Shown here one piece after another: positions 30,340 to 40,969 of a stretch of DNA of 64,000 nt. A model generated the notes under the pieces. That model was not told the DNA's origin. It did no database searches and worked only from the letters and a program-made list of their open reading frames with translations. The DNA lies in contig JAJDYY010000008.1 in NCBI GenBank assembly GCA_022824965.1, positions 284 to 64,283 on the forward strand, read 5' to 3'. The DNA comes from Gammaproteobacteria bacterium. Lineage in GTDB: Bacteria > Pseudomonadota > Gammaproteobacteria > UBA4575. Positions within the stretch are counted from its first letter, which is position 1. Each line of letters begins with the position of its first letter. The position numbers were made by a program, and so were the translations under genes.

Positions 30340-30435
30340 CTACTGCGGCAGCAGGAGAAGTGAAAGGCAGTACGCACCCGCAGGCCCAGAGACTGGAACT
30401 GCAGCCGTTGCGGTATTCTTGAATGTCGCGTTCAT
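30340..30435 (-). CDS. leuL: Leucine-rich leader peptide (31 aa, MNATFKNTATAAVPVSGPAGAYCLSLLLLPQ) upstream of leuA
   Basis: Minus-strand ATG at 30435; Leu codons ctt tca ctt ctc ctg ctg give LSLLLL; stop TAG at 30342-30340. The stop is embedded in the palindrome TGCCGC-AGTA-GCGGCA. Confidence 0.7.
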   Translation of the reverse strand: MNATFKNTATAAVPVSGPAGAYCLSLLLLPQ

Positions 30436-30529
30436 ATCCGTAAGGTGCCTAATTCCGCGAATTCTCCCAGAAAGTACGGTAACCCGTCAACTGCAATCCA
30501 GCCTGCGAACGCAGGCCCGACCCCACGGG

Positions 30530-31309
30530 TCACGGGCGGTTTTCGATATTCACGGCAGTGCGTGCGCCGCGTTTTCGTTTCAGCCGGACGATGTAGATGA
30601 CGGGTCCGGACAGTGCATACAGGGCGAACACGATGAACACCAGCTTCGGCGGGTCGATCGAGACCAGGATAAAGCCAAGCACCACCGCCAGCATCACGAT
30701 GTAGGGAATCCGGTCCACCAGGCTGATGTCCTTGAAGCTGTGATAGGTAAAATTGCTGACCATGAGTGCGCCGAGGACGATGGTCACCACCAGGGCGGCA
30801 ATGGCCGTGTCCTCGCGCGAGAGCTGCATGTCGTGACAGGCCCAGATGAATCCGACCAGGGCGGCGGCGGCGGCAGGGCTGGGCAGCCCCTGGAAATAGC
30901 GTTTGCTGACCACCGTCACGCGCGCGTTGAACCGTGCCAGGCGCAAGGCCGCGGCCGCGGTATAGAAAAATGCCCCAAGCCATCCCAGTTTCGACCAGAT
31001 CCAGGGATAGCTCGCAAAGTGAATAAGCGCCCATTCATAAACGACAAGCGCGGGTGCCACACCAAAGGACACCATGTCGGACAGGCTGTCGTATTGTGCA
31101 CCAAACTTGCTGGTGGTATGGGTCAGGCGCGCGATTCTTCCGTCAAAGAAATCCAGGAACAGGGCGACAATGATGGCGATGGCCGCCTGGTCGAACAGGT
31201 CTGACGTGGCGGCAACGATTGCATAGAAGCCGGCAAACAGCGAACCCGTGGTAAACAGGTTCGGCAGCAGGTAGATCCCCTTGCGCAATTTTTTTTCTGG
31301 TCTGTTCAT
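30530..31309 (-). CDS. pssA: CDP-diacylglycerol--serine O-phosphatidyltransferase (CDP-alcohol phosphatidyltransferase family)
   Basis: DFFDGRIAR...GAQYDSLSDMVSFG CDP-alcohol transferase motif; multi-TM protein. Confidence 0.85.
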   Translation of the reverse strand: MNRPEKKLRKGIYLLPNLFTTGSLFAGFYAIVAATSDLFDQAAIAIIVALFLDFFDGRIARLTHTTSKFGAQYDSLSDMVSFGVAPALVVYEWALIHFASYPWIWSKLGWLGAFFYTAAAALRLARFNARVTVVSKRYFQGLPSPAAAAALVGFIWACHDMQLSREDTAIAALVVTIVLGALMVSNFTYHSFKDISLVDRIPYIVMLAVVLGFILVSIDPPKLVFIVFALYALSGPVIYIVRLKRKRGARTAVNIENRP

Positions 31310-31941
31310 GGGTCAGCAGATGACGGCTTTGCCTCATGTACGAATTCTGCCAGTTTATCACTGCCGGCGCGAACCGACTGATCCACCCCGACACTGACGC
31401 TGCTCGTTCGGGGCAGGTAGATCACGACTTCACAGGCAAAGGCCATCAACCCGCAGCGCTGTCCCTGTCCCAGTTTCTCGCCCGCACTGATGTGGCAAAT
31501 GGCATGGCGCAGTACGGAACTCAGGTTGGCCACCATCACGACATCGTCAAGTTCGTCCGTTTGCACCCACACCGCAAGCTCGGATTCGGCATGTCTTGCA
31601 GCCGAGCGTACCCAGAGATTCTGCACCTTGCCCTCGATCGGGCTGTGCACATTGAATTCGCCGAGCGAGGACTGGCACAGGGTGACCGACCGGGCCGTAC
31701 GCTTGAGGTACGGGTCGTGAACCGCATCCTTGACATCCGTGATGCGCCCGTCTACCGGACTGACCACGGCCAGGGGGATCGCGGGAATGGTGCGCTTGAA
31801 ATCCCGGAACAGGACCAGCAGGGCTGCAAACATCAGCCAGAACGGCCAGACCGCGGAAAGCCCGAACAGGTGCTGGGCCATGGCCACGGCCATCCCCAGC
31901 ACCAGCAGCACGAGCTGCGCTTCTCTAGCAATGGGGATCAT
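31306..31941 (-). CDS. psd: Phosphatidylserine decarboxylase family protein (short, Asd-type proenzyme)
   Basis: N-terminal TM region, LGEFNVHSPIEG and a GLMAF-type region consistent with small PSD-family proenzymes. Overlaps pssA by 4 nt. Confidence 0.65.
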   Translation of the reverse strand: MIPIAREAQLVLLVLGMAVAMAQHLFGLSAVWPFWLMFAALLVLFRDFKRTIPAIPLAVVSPVDGRITDVKDAVHDPYLKRTARSVTLCQSSLGEFNVHSPIEGKVQNLWVRSAARHAESELAVWVQTDELDDVVMVANLSSVLRHAICHISAGEKLGQGQRCGLMAFACEVVIYLPRTSSVSVGVDQSVRAGSDKLAEFVHEAKPSSADP

Positions 31942-31983
31942 CGGAGTCGGTCATAACATGGGCATGTTATGCAAACCGCAGGC

Positions 31984-33030
<1,047 letters not shown>

Positions 33031-33537
33031 TCATGCAGGCTCTGAATTCAACGCCACATTGCCCCCGCCCCTGGCGATGCCCAGGACACCGGAACGTACC
33101 AGCTCGTGGATGGCTTCATCCGGGACCGACTGGATAGCACGGTCAAGTTTCTCTCCTACCCCCGAGATTTCCACGACCACCAGGTCGCCGGAATCGTCCA
33201 CCACCCTGCCGCCATAGCTCTCGGCAAGATCGTTAAGGACAGACTGGCTGATTTTTGAGCTGCGCAATTTCAGCAGCACCATTTCCCTTTCGATATGCGC
33301 ATCGGCGGTCAGGTCGATGACCTGCACCACGTCGACCAGCTTGTTCAGCTGCTTCTCGATTTGTTCGATGACGTCATCGCTCCCGCCCGTAACCACCGTG
33401 ATGCGCGAAACGGCGGCATCATTGGTCGGGGCAACGGTCAGGGATTCTATATTGTAACCGCGGGCTGAAAACAATCCCGAGACCCTGGACAGTGCGCCCG
33501 CCTCGTTTTCCAGCAATATCGAGATTATATGACGCAT
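33031..33537 (-). CDS. ilvH: Acetolactate synthase small (regulatory) subunit
   Basis: MRHIISILLENEAGALSRVSGLFSARGYNIESLTV ACT domain; full-length small subunit. Confidence 0.93.
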   Translation of the reverse strand: MRHIISILLENEAGALSRVSGLFSARGYNIESLTVAPTNDAAVSRITVVTGGSDDVIEQIEKQLNKLVDVVQVIDLTADAHIEREMVLLKLRSSKISQSVLNDLAESYGGRVVDDSGDLVVVEISGVGEKLDRAIQSVPDEAIHELVRSGVLGIARGGGNVALNSEPA

Positions 33538-33689
33538 CGCCGATGTGAAAGTCCGGGTTCGCGCGTGCAGGCATGCCTGATGTCAGCAACTGTCGGCCTG
33601 CCAGGCGCCGCCCGCACCTGCCGGCACGAAATGTGATTGTGCAAGATTATCCGGCGAGGCAAAAGCCACCGCCGTTATTGTTCCTGTAG

Positions 33690-33920
33690 TTATTTTTTCT
33701 GGATGCGAAAATAAAACTTTTCTCCGTCTTCATTCGAATCCAGAAGTGCGTTGCCCGTCTGCTTGGAAAACGCCTCGAAATCCTTCACCGAGCCTGGGTC
33801 AGTAGCAATGATCTGCAACACTTTACCCGAATCCATACCAGACAATGCTTTCTTTGCACGTAAAATCGGAAGTGGACAGTTCAGCCCACAGGCATCTAAT
33901 TCTTGGTCAAATTCGGCCAT
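33690..33920 (-). CDS. TusA-like sulfurtransferase (SirA/YedF/YeeD family)
   Basis: LDACGLNCPLPIL CPxP motif. Start taken at MAEFDQEL. Confidence 0.8.
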   Translation of the reverse strand: MAEFDQELDACGLNCPLPILRAKKALSGMDSGKVLQIIATDPGSVKDFEAFSKQTGNALLDSNEDGEKFYFRIQKK

Positions 33921-34095
33921 TACAACAACTCCTTGGAAATCCATCATATAAAAGCTTGCAACTGGTGGCCAACACCGGCCTGAACCGCAAGATATATTAT
34001 AATATCATAATACTTTAATAGTGGTGATCGTAACAAACTTTGATGCGCTTTCGGGGTCTGAAGCGTCACAATACTGTACAGTACCGTCATTCCCC

Positions 34096-35574
34096 ATGCT
34101 GTATCCTTTCCGCCGCAAGAGTACGCTTGAGACACGGTCCACGGGCCGGACAGGCCTCGGGTTCTGCCTGCTGTTCTTGCTTCTAGTGCCGCTCTCAGTG
34201 GCCAACGCCCACCTGCCCAACATCGGCGGCCCCGCCAGCACCGAGTTGAGCCCGGCCAAGGAAATCGAACTCGGGCAAGTTCTGCTGACCGAGATTCGAA
34301 GACGCCTGCCGGTCTCTGACGACCCCGAGTTGATCCAGTACGTCCAGGCACTCGGCACCCGCATCACCTCCGGCGGTCTGGACTCGAATTTCCCGTTCAC
34401 GTTCCTGCTGGTGGAAGATCCGAGCATCAACGGATTCGCATTGCCCGGCGGCATCATCGCCATCAACAGCGGCCTGCTGGCCCTGGCCACGCAGGAAAGT
34501 GAACTGGCCAGCGTGTTTGCCCACGAAATCGCGCATGTCTCGCAGCGTCACATCGCGCGAAACTTCGAGAATGCAAAGTCATTCAACGTGGTGTCGGCCC
34601 TGACGTTTCTGGGTGCGCTTTTGGCCACGGTCTACAACGTCGACCTGGGTCAGGCAGCACTCATGACATCCCAGGCCGGACTGCAGCAGGCGCAGTTTGC
34701 CTACTCGCGCAGCTTTGAGCAGGAAGCCGACCGCATTGGCATGCAGCTGATGGTCAGTGCGAACATCGACCCGTACGGGATGCCGCTTTTCTTCAAGCGC
34801 CTGCAAAAGCACACCCAGTTGAATCGCGGCAGGCTTCCCGAATTTTTGAGAACCCATCCACTGACCCTGAAACGCATCAGCGAATCCGAAGCGCGGGCCA
34901 GACAGTACCAGGGCACCTACGCCTTCAACAGCACCGACTTCAACTACATCCGGGCACGCACCCTGGCGCTCAGCAAAAATCCGACGGAGCTGATCGATTA
35001 CTACCGGGAAAAAAGCAGGACACCCCAGGGGCTCAGCGACACGGAGCGCTACACCTATGCCCTGGCCCTGAGCCGCGCCGGCAAACACGAGCAGGGGCTG
35101 TACCATCTGGAGAGAATAACTGTCGGTACGGACAACCGGCTCAAGGTCCGGCTTGCGGATGCCCAAATCCGTCTGTCCATGGGACAAACGGGTGCGGCCA
35201 GGGCAACACTCGAGTCCCTGGACCGCGTGTATCCCGGAAACCTGCCGGTCACCTACTACCTGGCTTCCAGCCTGATCAGGGAAGACCTCGCCCACCAGGC
35301 GCTGGACAAACTGGACCGGCTAAGTCACGGCTACCTGCAACACCCGGTCATCGACAAGATCAAGGCCAGGGCCGCCAGCCGGGCCGGGATGCCCTGGCGC
35401 AGCCACGAATCGCTGGGAAATTTTTACGCAGCCCATGGACAGTACAACCTCGCCATGGAGCAAATTCAACTGGCGCTGCAGTCCCCCGGTATCGACCCGA
35501 TTTCCAAAGCCCGCATCGAGACTCTCAAAATCCGCTTGCGCCTGCTGGAGCAACAGCGCGAACAGTTCCAGTAA
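34096..35574 (+). CDS. bepA: Beta-barrel assembly-enhancing protease BepA-like (M48 peptidase with C-terminal TPR)
   Basis: HEIAHVSQRH zinc motif, signal peptide, C-terminal TPR-like repeats. Start taken at MLYPFRRK. Confidence 0.85.
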   Translation: MLYPFRRKSTLETRSTGRTGLGFCLLFLLLVPLSVANAHLPNIGGPASTELSPAKEIELGQVLLTEIRRRLPVSDDPELIQYVQALGTRITSGGLDSNFPFTFLLVEDPSINGFALPGGIIAINSGLLALATQESELASVFAHEIAHVSQRHIARNFENAKSFNVVSALTFLGALLATVYNVDLGQAALMTSQAGLQQAQFAYSRSFEQEADRIGMQLMVSANIDPYGMPLFFKRLQKHTQLNRGRLPEFLRTHPLTLKRISESEARARQYQGTYAFNSTDFNYIRARTLALSKNPTELIDYYREKSRTPQGLSDTERYTYALALSRAGKHEQGLYHLERITVGTDNRLKVRLADAQIRLSMGQTGAARATLESLDRVYPGNLPVTYYLASSLIREDLAHQALDKLDRLSHGYLQHPVIDKIKARAASRAGMPWRSHESLGNFYAAHGQYNLAMEQIQLALQSPGIDPISKARIETLKIRLRLLEQQREQFQ

Positions 35575-35599
35575 TCGCCGGGCAACAGGCCACGTCCTT

Positions 35600-36139
35600 T
35601 CACAGCAACTCGCCTGCATCGACGACGTTGGCATAGGCAAAGTCCAGTGCCGACATGGCGGTGCGATGGACATCCGCCGCGGTCACGGTCTTGCCCTGGA
35701 ATTCGATGTCCCGAGTCGCACAGGCATCCTGCACGACGGTGCACTTGAAGCCGTAGTCGGCCGCCGCGCGTGTCGTGGCCTCAACGCACATGTGGCTCAT
35801 GGCACCGCAGATCACCAGGGACTTGATTTCCTTTTGCTGCAGTTGCCCGAGCAGGTCCGTCTTGTGGAAACCGTTCGGGGAGTGCTTGTGAATGACGGTC
35901 TCCCCGGGTAACAGGCCCACACTTTCATGAATCTCGGCACCCGGGGTGTCGGGCAGGAAAAATCCGGGCCCGCGGTGCAGGAAAGTGTGCTGGATGTGAA
36001 ACGTCGGCAGGCCCTGGTAGCGGAACCGGTCGAGGAGCTTCCTGGCATTGGCCCCGGCCGCCTTCATGTTGGCCAGTTCCATGTTCCCGCCCGGGAAATA
36101 GTCGTTCTGGATGTCCACGAGCAGCAGGGCCGGCTTCAT
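35600..36139 (-). CDS. Isochorismatase-family cysteine hydrolase
   Basis: ALLLVDIQNDYF start of the isochorismatase fold and catalytic Cys region VICGAMSHMCV. Confidence 0.8.
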   Translation of the reverse strand: MKPALLLVDIQNDYFPGGNMELANMKAAGANARKLLDRFRYQGLPTFHIQHTFLHRGPGFFLPDTPGAEIHESVGLLPGETVIHKHSPNGFHKTDLLGQLQQKEIKSLVICGAMSHMCVEATTRAAADYGFKCTVVQDACATRDIEFQGKTVTAADVHRTAMSALDFAYANVVDAGELL

Positions 36140-36184
36140 GGCCATCCCCTCAGGATGCGCGAGTGCAGGACATGGACGCAGCGC

Positions 36185-38122
36185 TCAGGTGCCTTCCCGG
36201 TTTTCAATCAGGTTCTCGATCACCGAGGGGTCCGCCAGGGTCGTGGTATCGCCCAGATCGCCGACCTCGTTTTCTGCAATTTTTCGAAGGATGCGCCGCA
36301 TGATCTTGCCCGAGCGTGTTTTGGGCAGCCCGGGCGCCCACTGGATGATGTCGGGTTTTGCAAAGGCCCCGATTTCCTTGCGCACCAGCTGTACGAGTTC
36401 GTCTTTCAGTGCATCGCTGGTCGGGGTGTTGAGCATCGGCGTGACATAGGCGTAGATGCCCTGTCCCTTGATCGCGTGCGGGTACCCCACCACGGCCGCT
36501 TCCGCCACCGACGGGTGCAGCACCAGGGCACTTTCCACTTCCGCCGTTCCCAGCCGGTGGCCGGACACGTTCAGAACGTCATCGACACGGCCGGTGATCC
36601 AGTAATATCCCTGCGCATCGCGCCTGCAGCCGTCGCCGCTGAAATACTTGCCGGGATACTGTGAGAAGTAGGTCTCGATAAACCGCGGGTGATCCCCGTA
36701 CACGGTGCGCATCTGTCCCGGCCAGGGGTGCTTGATCACCAGGTTGCCCTGGCACTCGCCTTCCAGTTCCTCGCCGTTTTCATCGACGATGGCCGGCTGG
36801 ACCCCGAGAAAAGGTTTCGTTGCCGAACCCGGTTTCAGTGGCGTCGCTCCCGGCAGCGGGGTGATCATGAAGCCCCCGGTCTCGGTCTGCCACCAGGTGT
36901 CGATCACCGGACAACGGCCCTCTCCCACCACGTGGTAGTACCACTCCCACACCTCGGGGTTGATCGGTTCCCCGACCGAGCCCAGCAGGCGCAGGCTTTT
37001 GCGCGACGTGGCCTTGACCGGCTCGTCGCCCATGCTGATCAGGGTGCGCAGGGCCGTCGGGGCGGTATAGAAGCTGGCGACATCGTACTTGTCGCAGACC
37101 TGCCAGAAGCGGCTGGCATCCGGATAGGTGGGAACGCCCTCGAACATCAGCGTGGTCGCCGCATTGCACAGCGGGCCGTAAACGATATAGGAATGTCCGG
37201 TCACCCAGCCAATATCCGCGCTGCACCAGTAGACTTCGCCTGGGCGGTAGTCAAACGCATACCGGTGGGTGATGGCGGTATACAGCAGGTAGCCTCCGGT
37301 CGTATGCAGCACGCCTTTCGGCTTGCCGGTCGAGCCCGAGGTGTACAGGATGAACAGCGGGTCCTCGGCGCCCATGGGCTCGGGCGCACAGACGTCGCTG
37401 GCACCCGCTTTCAGCTCGTGGTACCAGCAGTCGCGCAACGGGTGCCAGTCTACCTCGCCGCCGGTTCGCCGGACGACCAGCACGGTGCTGACGTTCGGAC
37501 AGTTCTGCAGGGCCGCATCCGTGTTGGCCTTCAGGGGGACCTTTCTCCCGCCGCGCACCCCTTCGTCTGCCGTGATCACGGTACGGCAGTCGGAATCCAG
37601 GATCCGTTCGGTCAGGGAGTCCGGTGAGAAGCCGCCGAATACGACGGAATGCACGGCGCCGATCCGCGCACACGCCAGCATGGCAAACGCGGCTTCGGGA
37701 ATCATGGGCATGTAGATGCAGACGCGGTCCCCTTTTTTCACCCCGCGGGATTTCAGGATGTTCGAGAATATGCAGACTTCCCGGTGCAGTTCTGCGTAGC
37801 TGATCGCCTGGTCCTCGCCGGGAGTGTCGCCTTCCCAGAGAATCGCGGTCCGGGACCCGTGGGCTTCGAGATGCCGGTCCACGCAGTTGTAACAGGCATT
37901 GAGCGTGGCCCCTTCGAACCACCGGATGTGGCCGCGGTGATAGTCCCAGTCCAGAACCGTGTCCCATTCTTTGAACCAGCTGACAAATTGGCCTGCCTGC
38001 TCGGCCCAGAATCCGGCAGGATCGTCCACCGACTGCCGGTACAGGCGCTCGTATTCCGCCTGATCGATATGAGCTGCATCGGCAACCGGATCAGGAACTG
38101 GGTAGATTTTTTCTTCAGGCAT
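36185..38122 (-). CDS. acs: Acetyl-CoA synthetase
   Basis: 645 aa; AMP-binding motif [12 protein letters not shown]; full-length Acs similarity. Confidence 0.96.
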   Translation of the reverse strand: MPEEKIYPVPDPVADAAHIDQAEYERLYRQSVDDPAGFWAEQAGQFVSWFKEWDTVLDWDYHRGHIRWFEGATLNACYNCVDRHLEAHGSRTAILWEGDTPGEDQAISYAELHREVCIFSNILKSRGVKKGDRVCIYMPMIPEAAFAMLACARIGAVHSVVFGGFSPDSLTERILDSDCRTVITADEGVRGGRKVPLKANTDAALQNCPNVSTVLVVRRTGGEVDWHPLRDCWYHELKAGASDVCAPEPMGAEDPLFILYTSGSTGKPKGVLHTTGGYLLYTAITHRYAFDYRPGEVYWCSADIGWVTGHSYIVYGPLCNAATTLMFEGVPTYPDASRFWQVCDKYDVASFYTAPTALRTLISMGDEPVKATSRKSLRLLGSVGEPINPEVWEWYYHVVGEGRCPVIDTWWQTETGGFMITPLPGATPLKPGSATKPFLGVQPAIVDENGEELEGECQGNLVIKHPWPGQMRTVYGDHPRFIETYFSQYPGKYFSGDGCRRDAQGYYWITGRVDDVLNVSGHRLGTAEVESALVLHPSVAEAAVVGYPHAIKGQGIYAYVTPMLNTPTSDALKDELVQLVRKEIGAFAKPDIIQWAPGLPKTRSGKIMRRILRKIAENEVGDLGDTTTLADPSVIENLIENREGT

Positions 38123-38483
38123 GACGGGCGTGGACTCGACCCCTTATGGTTTTGCCCCCGATTCTACTATTTATTCTGCCGGGAAACGAAAACAACCTAT
38201 TCACGGAACAAGTCCTCACGGCTGAATTGCCGGCCCCCTGAATTTAAAACAGTTGACACTCACCCGGGCCGCTTCCGTATTTTCAGGAGGTGTCTAGAAA
38301 CGGATGGTGGATTGTATGGCTATCGGAGACAAGCGTTTACCACGACATGACCATTTTTTGCCCATCTGGCTGGCTGCCCCGATCAACTCATCCCATGTAT
38401 ACATTGCTTCCCATGGTAATTAATATGAAGTTGGCATAAGTAAACTGGTTTCAAGTACATAAGCAATTGAGTAATTTAGCTGA

Positions 38484-38711
38484 ATGAACACTCCCGCACT
38501 TGTCAAAATCTTTGAATCCGAACTGACTTGCCCGGCCTGCGGCACAAAAAAAGTAGAAACCATGCCCGGCGATACCTGTGTATGGTTCTACGAATGTACG
38601 CAATGTCACACGATGCTGAAGCCTCAACCTGGTGACTGCTGCGTGTTCTGTTCATATGGTTCTGTCCCGTGTCCTCCGATGCAGGACAAAAACATGGAAG
38701 CAGGCGGCTGA
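38484..38711 (+). CDS. Small cysteine-rich putative metal-binding protein (GDCCVxC-type C-terminal motif)
   Basis: 75 aa with 9 Cys: CPACG...CTQCH...GDCCVFCSYGSVPCPP. Confidence 0.6.
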   Translation: MNTPALVKIFESELTCPACGTKKVETMPGDTCVWFYECTQCHTMLKPQPGDCCVFCSYGSVPCPPMQDKNMEAGG

Positions 38712-38885
38712 TTGTATAATTTGAGGAGCCCGTCCAGACTGAAGGACGCAGGATTTCAGTGTGATCGAGACCGGCCAGGGAAGGATAAGGTCAGGCCTGC
38801 CGGGCGTTTCCATTGATGACGCACTCGCGGCCATGCCCGGCGTGCTTTTTTGAAGCCGGTCGCAAAAACCGGCAGATCAAATCCT

Positions 38886-39365
38886 TCAGCGCGTATCCAG
38901 TCGTTCGGCTTCGGTTCTCGAGGCCTGCAGTTTGCGCACACGTTCCGACCAGGTCGACTTGATGAATGCCAGGATGTCCCAGATCTCCTGGTCGCTCAGG
39001 GTTTCGCTGAAGCCCGGCATGTTGCTTTTTACGCCCTCGATTCCCTTGGCAGCAAATATTGCCTCACCTCCAAACTTGGTGTACGCAAACAGCAACCTGT
39101 CGCCATGGTGCCAGGTATGGCCGGTTTCATCGTGCGGAGGTGCCGGGAATACCCCGCTTTCACTCTCCTGCCGCCAGTCCTTTTGGCCTTCAAGCAGAAC
39201 CCCGTGACAGGAGGCACAGGCCTTGGCATAAAGAACCTCGCCATTCCCGATATCCACATCTTGCGGTTGCACCATGGTGCTTTGCTGTGCGAACAGCAGA
39301 CCGCAGAAAGTTAAATTGATGCCGACCAAGACCGTAACGCCGATGCAATAAATTACGCTTCTCAT
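38886..39365 (-). CDS. Membrane-anchored class I c-type cytochrome
   Basis: N-terminal hydrophobic anchor or signal; single CASCHG heme-binding motif. Its start overlaps the upstream multicopper oxidase stop (ATGA). Confidence 0.8.
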   Translation of the reverse strand: MRSVIYCIGVTVLVGINLTFCGLLFAQQSTMVQPQDVDIGNGEVLYAKACASCHGVLLEGQKDWRQESESGVFPAPPHDETGHTWHHGDRLLFAYTKFGGEAIFAAKGIEGVKSNMPGFSETLSDQEIWDILAFIKSTWSERVRKLQASRTEAERLDTR

Positions 39366-40759
39366 GCCCTCACCTTAATCCATGTCTTCATGCCCGAGTC
39401 TTGATGCGACAAAGTGTGGCAGTGAAACAGCCACTTCCCAGGGTTTCCTGCAACAAACGCAATTTCACGGGTCTCGCCTCGGAATACGAGAATCGTGTCG
39501 CGCATGGGTCCCAGCGTACCATTTTTGTCAATTTCACAGAAATGCTGGCCGTGAAGATGCATCCCATGCGGGAATGCCGTGTTGTTCTCGATGGCAAGCC
39601 GCACGGTCTGGCCACGGTCCACCTGCAGCAGTGGTTCACTCGTCATCCCAACCACTCCGTTAAACGCCCAGAACTGGTTGGCGCCTACCAGCTGACGGAA
39701 TGATTTTCGGTCCCCGTCCAGGATCGCATTTTGCATACCACCCATTGCGCCGCCCTCCATGACCAAACGGGCCTCGGCGGCTTCGGAAAGGTTGCGTGGA
39801 ACAGGCTGCGGGTTCGGAGGAAGGGCTTGGGGGTCGGGCCGCGTGACTGTACTGGCGATGCCGTTCACCAGCACCTTGACCTGTGCTTGGGCGGATTCGT
39901 CTTCGAGACGTTCGATATAGGCCGTGCCACCGGACTGTTCGGTGACATCCGCGACCAGGTCCACACGCTGCCCTGGCGCGAGAAAGAACATATCCTCAAC
40001 CCGCCTGGGCGCATCCAACGGCATTCCATCAAGTGCCATCACCCAGCCCCGAAGACCACGCAGTGCCAGCGGGAAAATCCGCGCGTTTGCTGCGTTGATC
40101 AGACGGAGCCGGAGGCGTTCACGCGCTCGGGCCGGCATAGTGAAAGCATACTGGCTGTTGGTGGTGATCAAATTTCCGTAGCGTCCGGAATGCGCGCGGT
40201 CATGCCTGCGCATGAAGTCAGGAAAAATTTGCCCGCTTTCCTGCATTCTCCAATCATCAAGAAGAAGGACTACCTCGCGGTCAATATCCAATGCTGAGGG
40301 CTCCTCGACAATCAGTGCCCCATAGAGGCCACGTGCCACCTGTTCGGTGGAGCGTTCATGGGAGTGGTACCAGTAGGTACCTGCATCGGGTGCTGCAAAG
40401 GCATGATCGAATTTCCCTCCAGGTGCAACTGCACTTTGTGTGAGTCCGGTTACGCCATCCATCTCGTTGTCGATGTGGATTCCATGCCAATGGATGGAAG
40501 TTGGCTGCTCCAAGTCATTTACCAGCCGCCGATGTACACGGGCGCCTTGTGCAATCCGGATTTCGGGACCCGGGACTGCGCCTCCATAGCCCCAGATGTC
40601 AGTCTCGGGATAGGACTCAGGCAATAAACGCGCCTTACCAGGCATAGCTCTGAGAATCTCCGGACTGCTGTTTGCGGAATTGAATTCAGGAAGCGTAGGA
40701 AGAGATAGGGCTGCGAGCGATGCAACTCCTTTCAGCACATTCCGCCTGGTCACGAGCAT
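39362..40759 (-). CDS. Multicopper oxidase (CopA/CueO-like), TAT-exported
   Basis: Twin-arginine signal MLVTRRNVLKGVASLAALSL. Copper-binding motifs HWHGIH, WYHSH, HCH and HLHG. Start chosen at ATG 40759; the longer ORF to 40819 would abut tRNA-Lys. Confidence 0.88.
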   Translation of the reverse strand: MLVTRRNVLKGVASLAALSLPTLPEFNSANSSPEILRAMPGKARLLPESYPETDIWGYGGAVPGPEIRIAQGARVHRRLVNDLEQPTSIHWHGIHIDNEMDGVTGLTQSAVAPGGKFDHAFAAPDAGTYWYHSHERSTEQVARGLYGALIVEEPSALDIDREVVLLLDDWRMQESGQIFPDFMRRHDRAHSGRYGNLITTNSQYAFTMPARARERLRLRLINAANARIFPLALRGLRGWVMALDGMPLDAPRRVEDMFFLAPGQRVDLVADVTEQSGGTAYIERLEDESAQAQVKVLVNGIASTVTRPDPQALPPNPQPVPRNLSEAAEARLVMEGGAMGGMQNAILDGDRKSFRQLVGANQFWAFNGVVGMTSEPLLQVDRGQTVRLAIENNTAFPHGMHLHGQHFCEIDKNGTLGPMRDTILVFRGETREIAFVAGNPGKWLFHCHTLSHQDSGMKTWIKVRA

Positions 40760-40826
40760 TTGACGAAGCCGGGGTGTATTGAGATTTTCCGGAACAGCCG
40801 TCCCGGGATGGCCTGGCATGTAGATC

Positions 40827-40902
40827 TGGTGGGTCGTATAGGATTCGAACCTATGACCATCGGGTTAAAAGCCCGGTGCTCTACCAACTGAGCTAACGAC
40901 CC
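40827..40902 (-). tRNA. tRNA-Lys, anticodon TTT (76 nt)
   Basis: Reverse complement reads GGGTCGTTAGCTCAGTTGGTAGAGCACCGGGCTTTTAACCCGATGGTCATAGGTTCGAATCCTATACGACCCACCA. Confidence 0.92.
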
Positions 40903-40969
40903 ACAAGGCGCGCTATCGTACATCAAATTCCGGTCCGGCTCTACGTTCATGGCCGCCTGCGCCCGTCCT

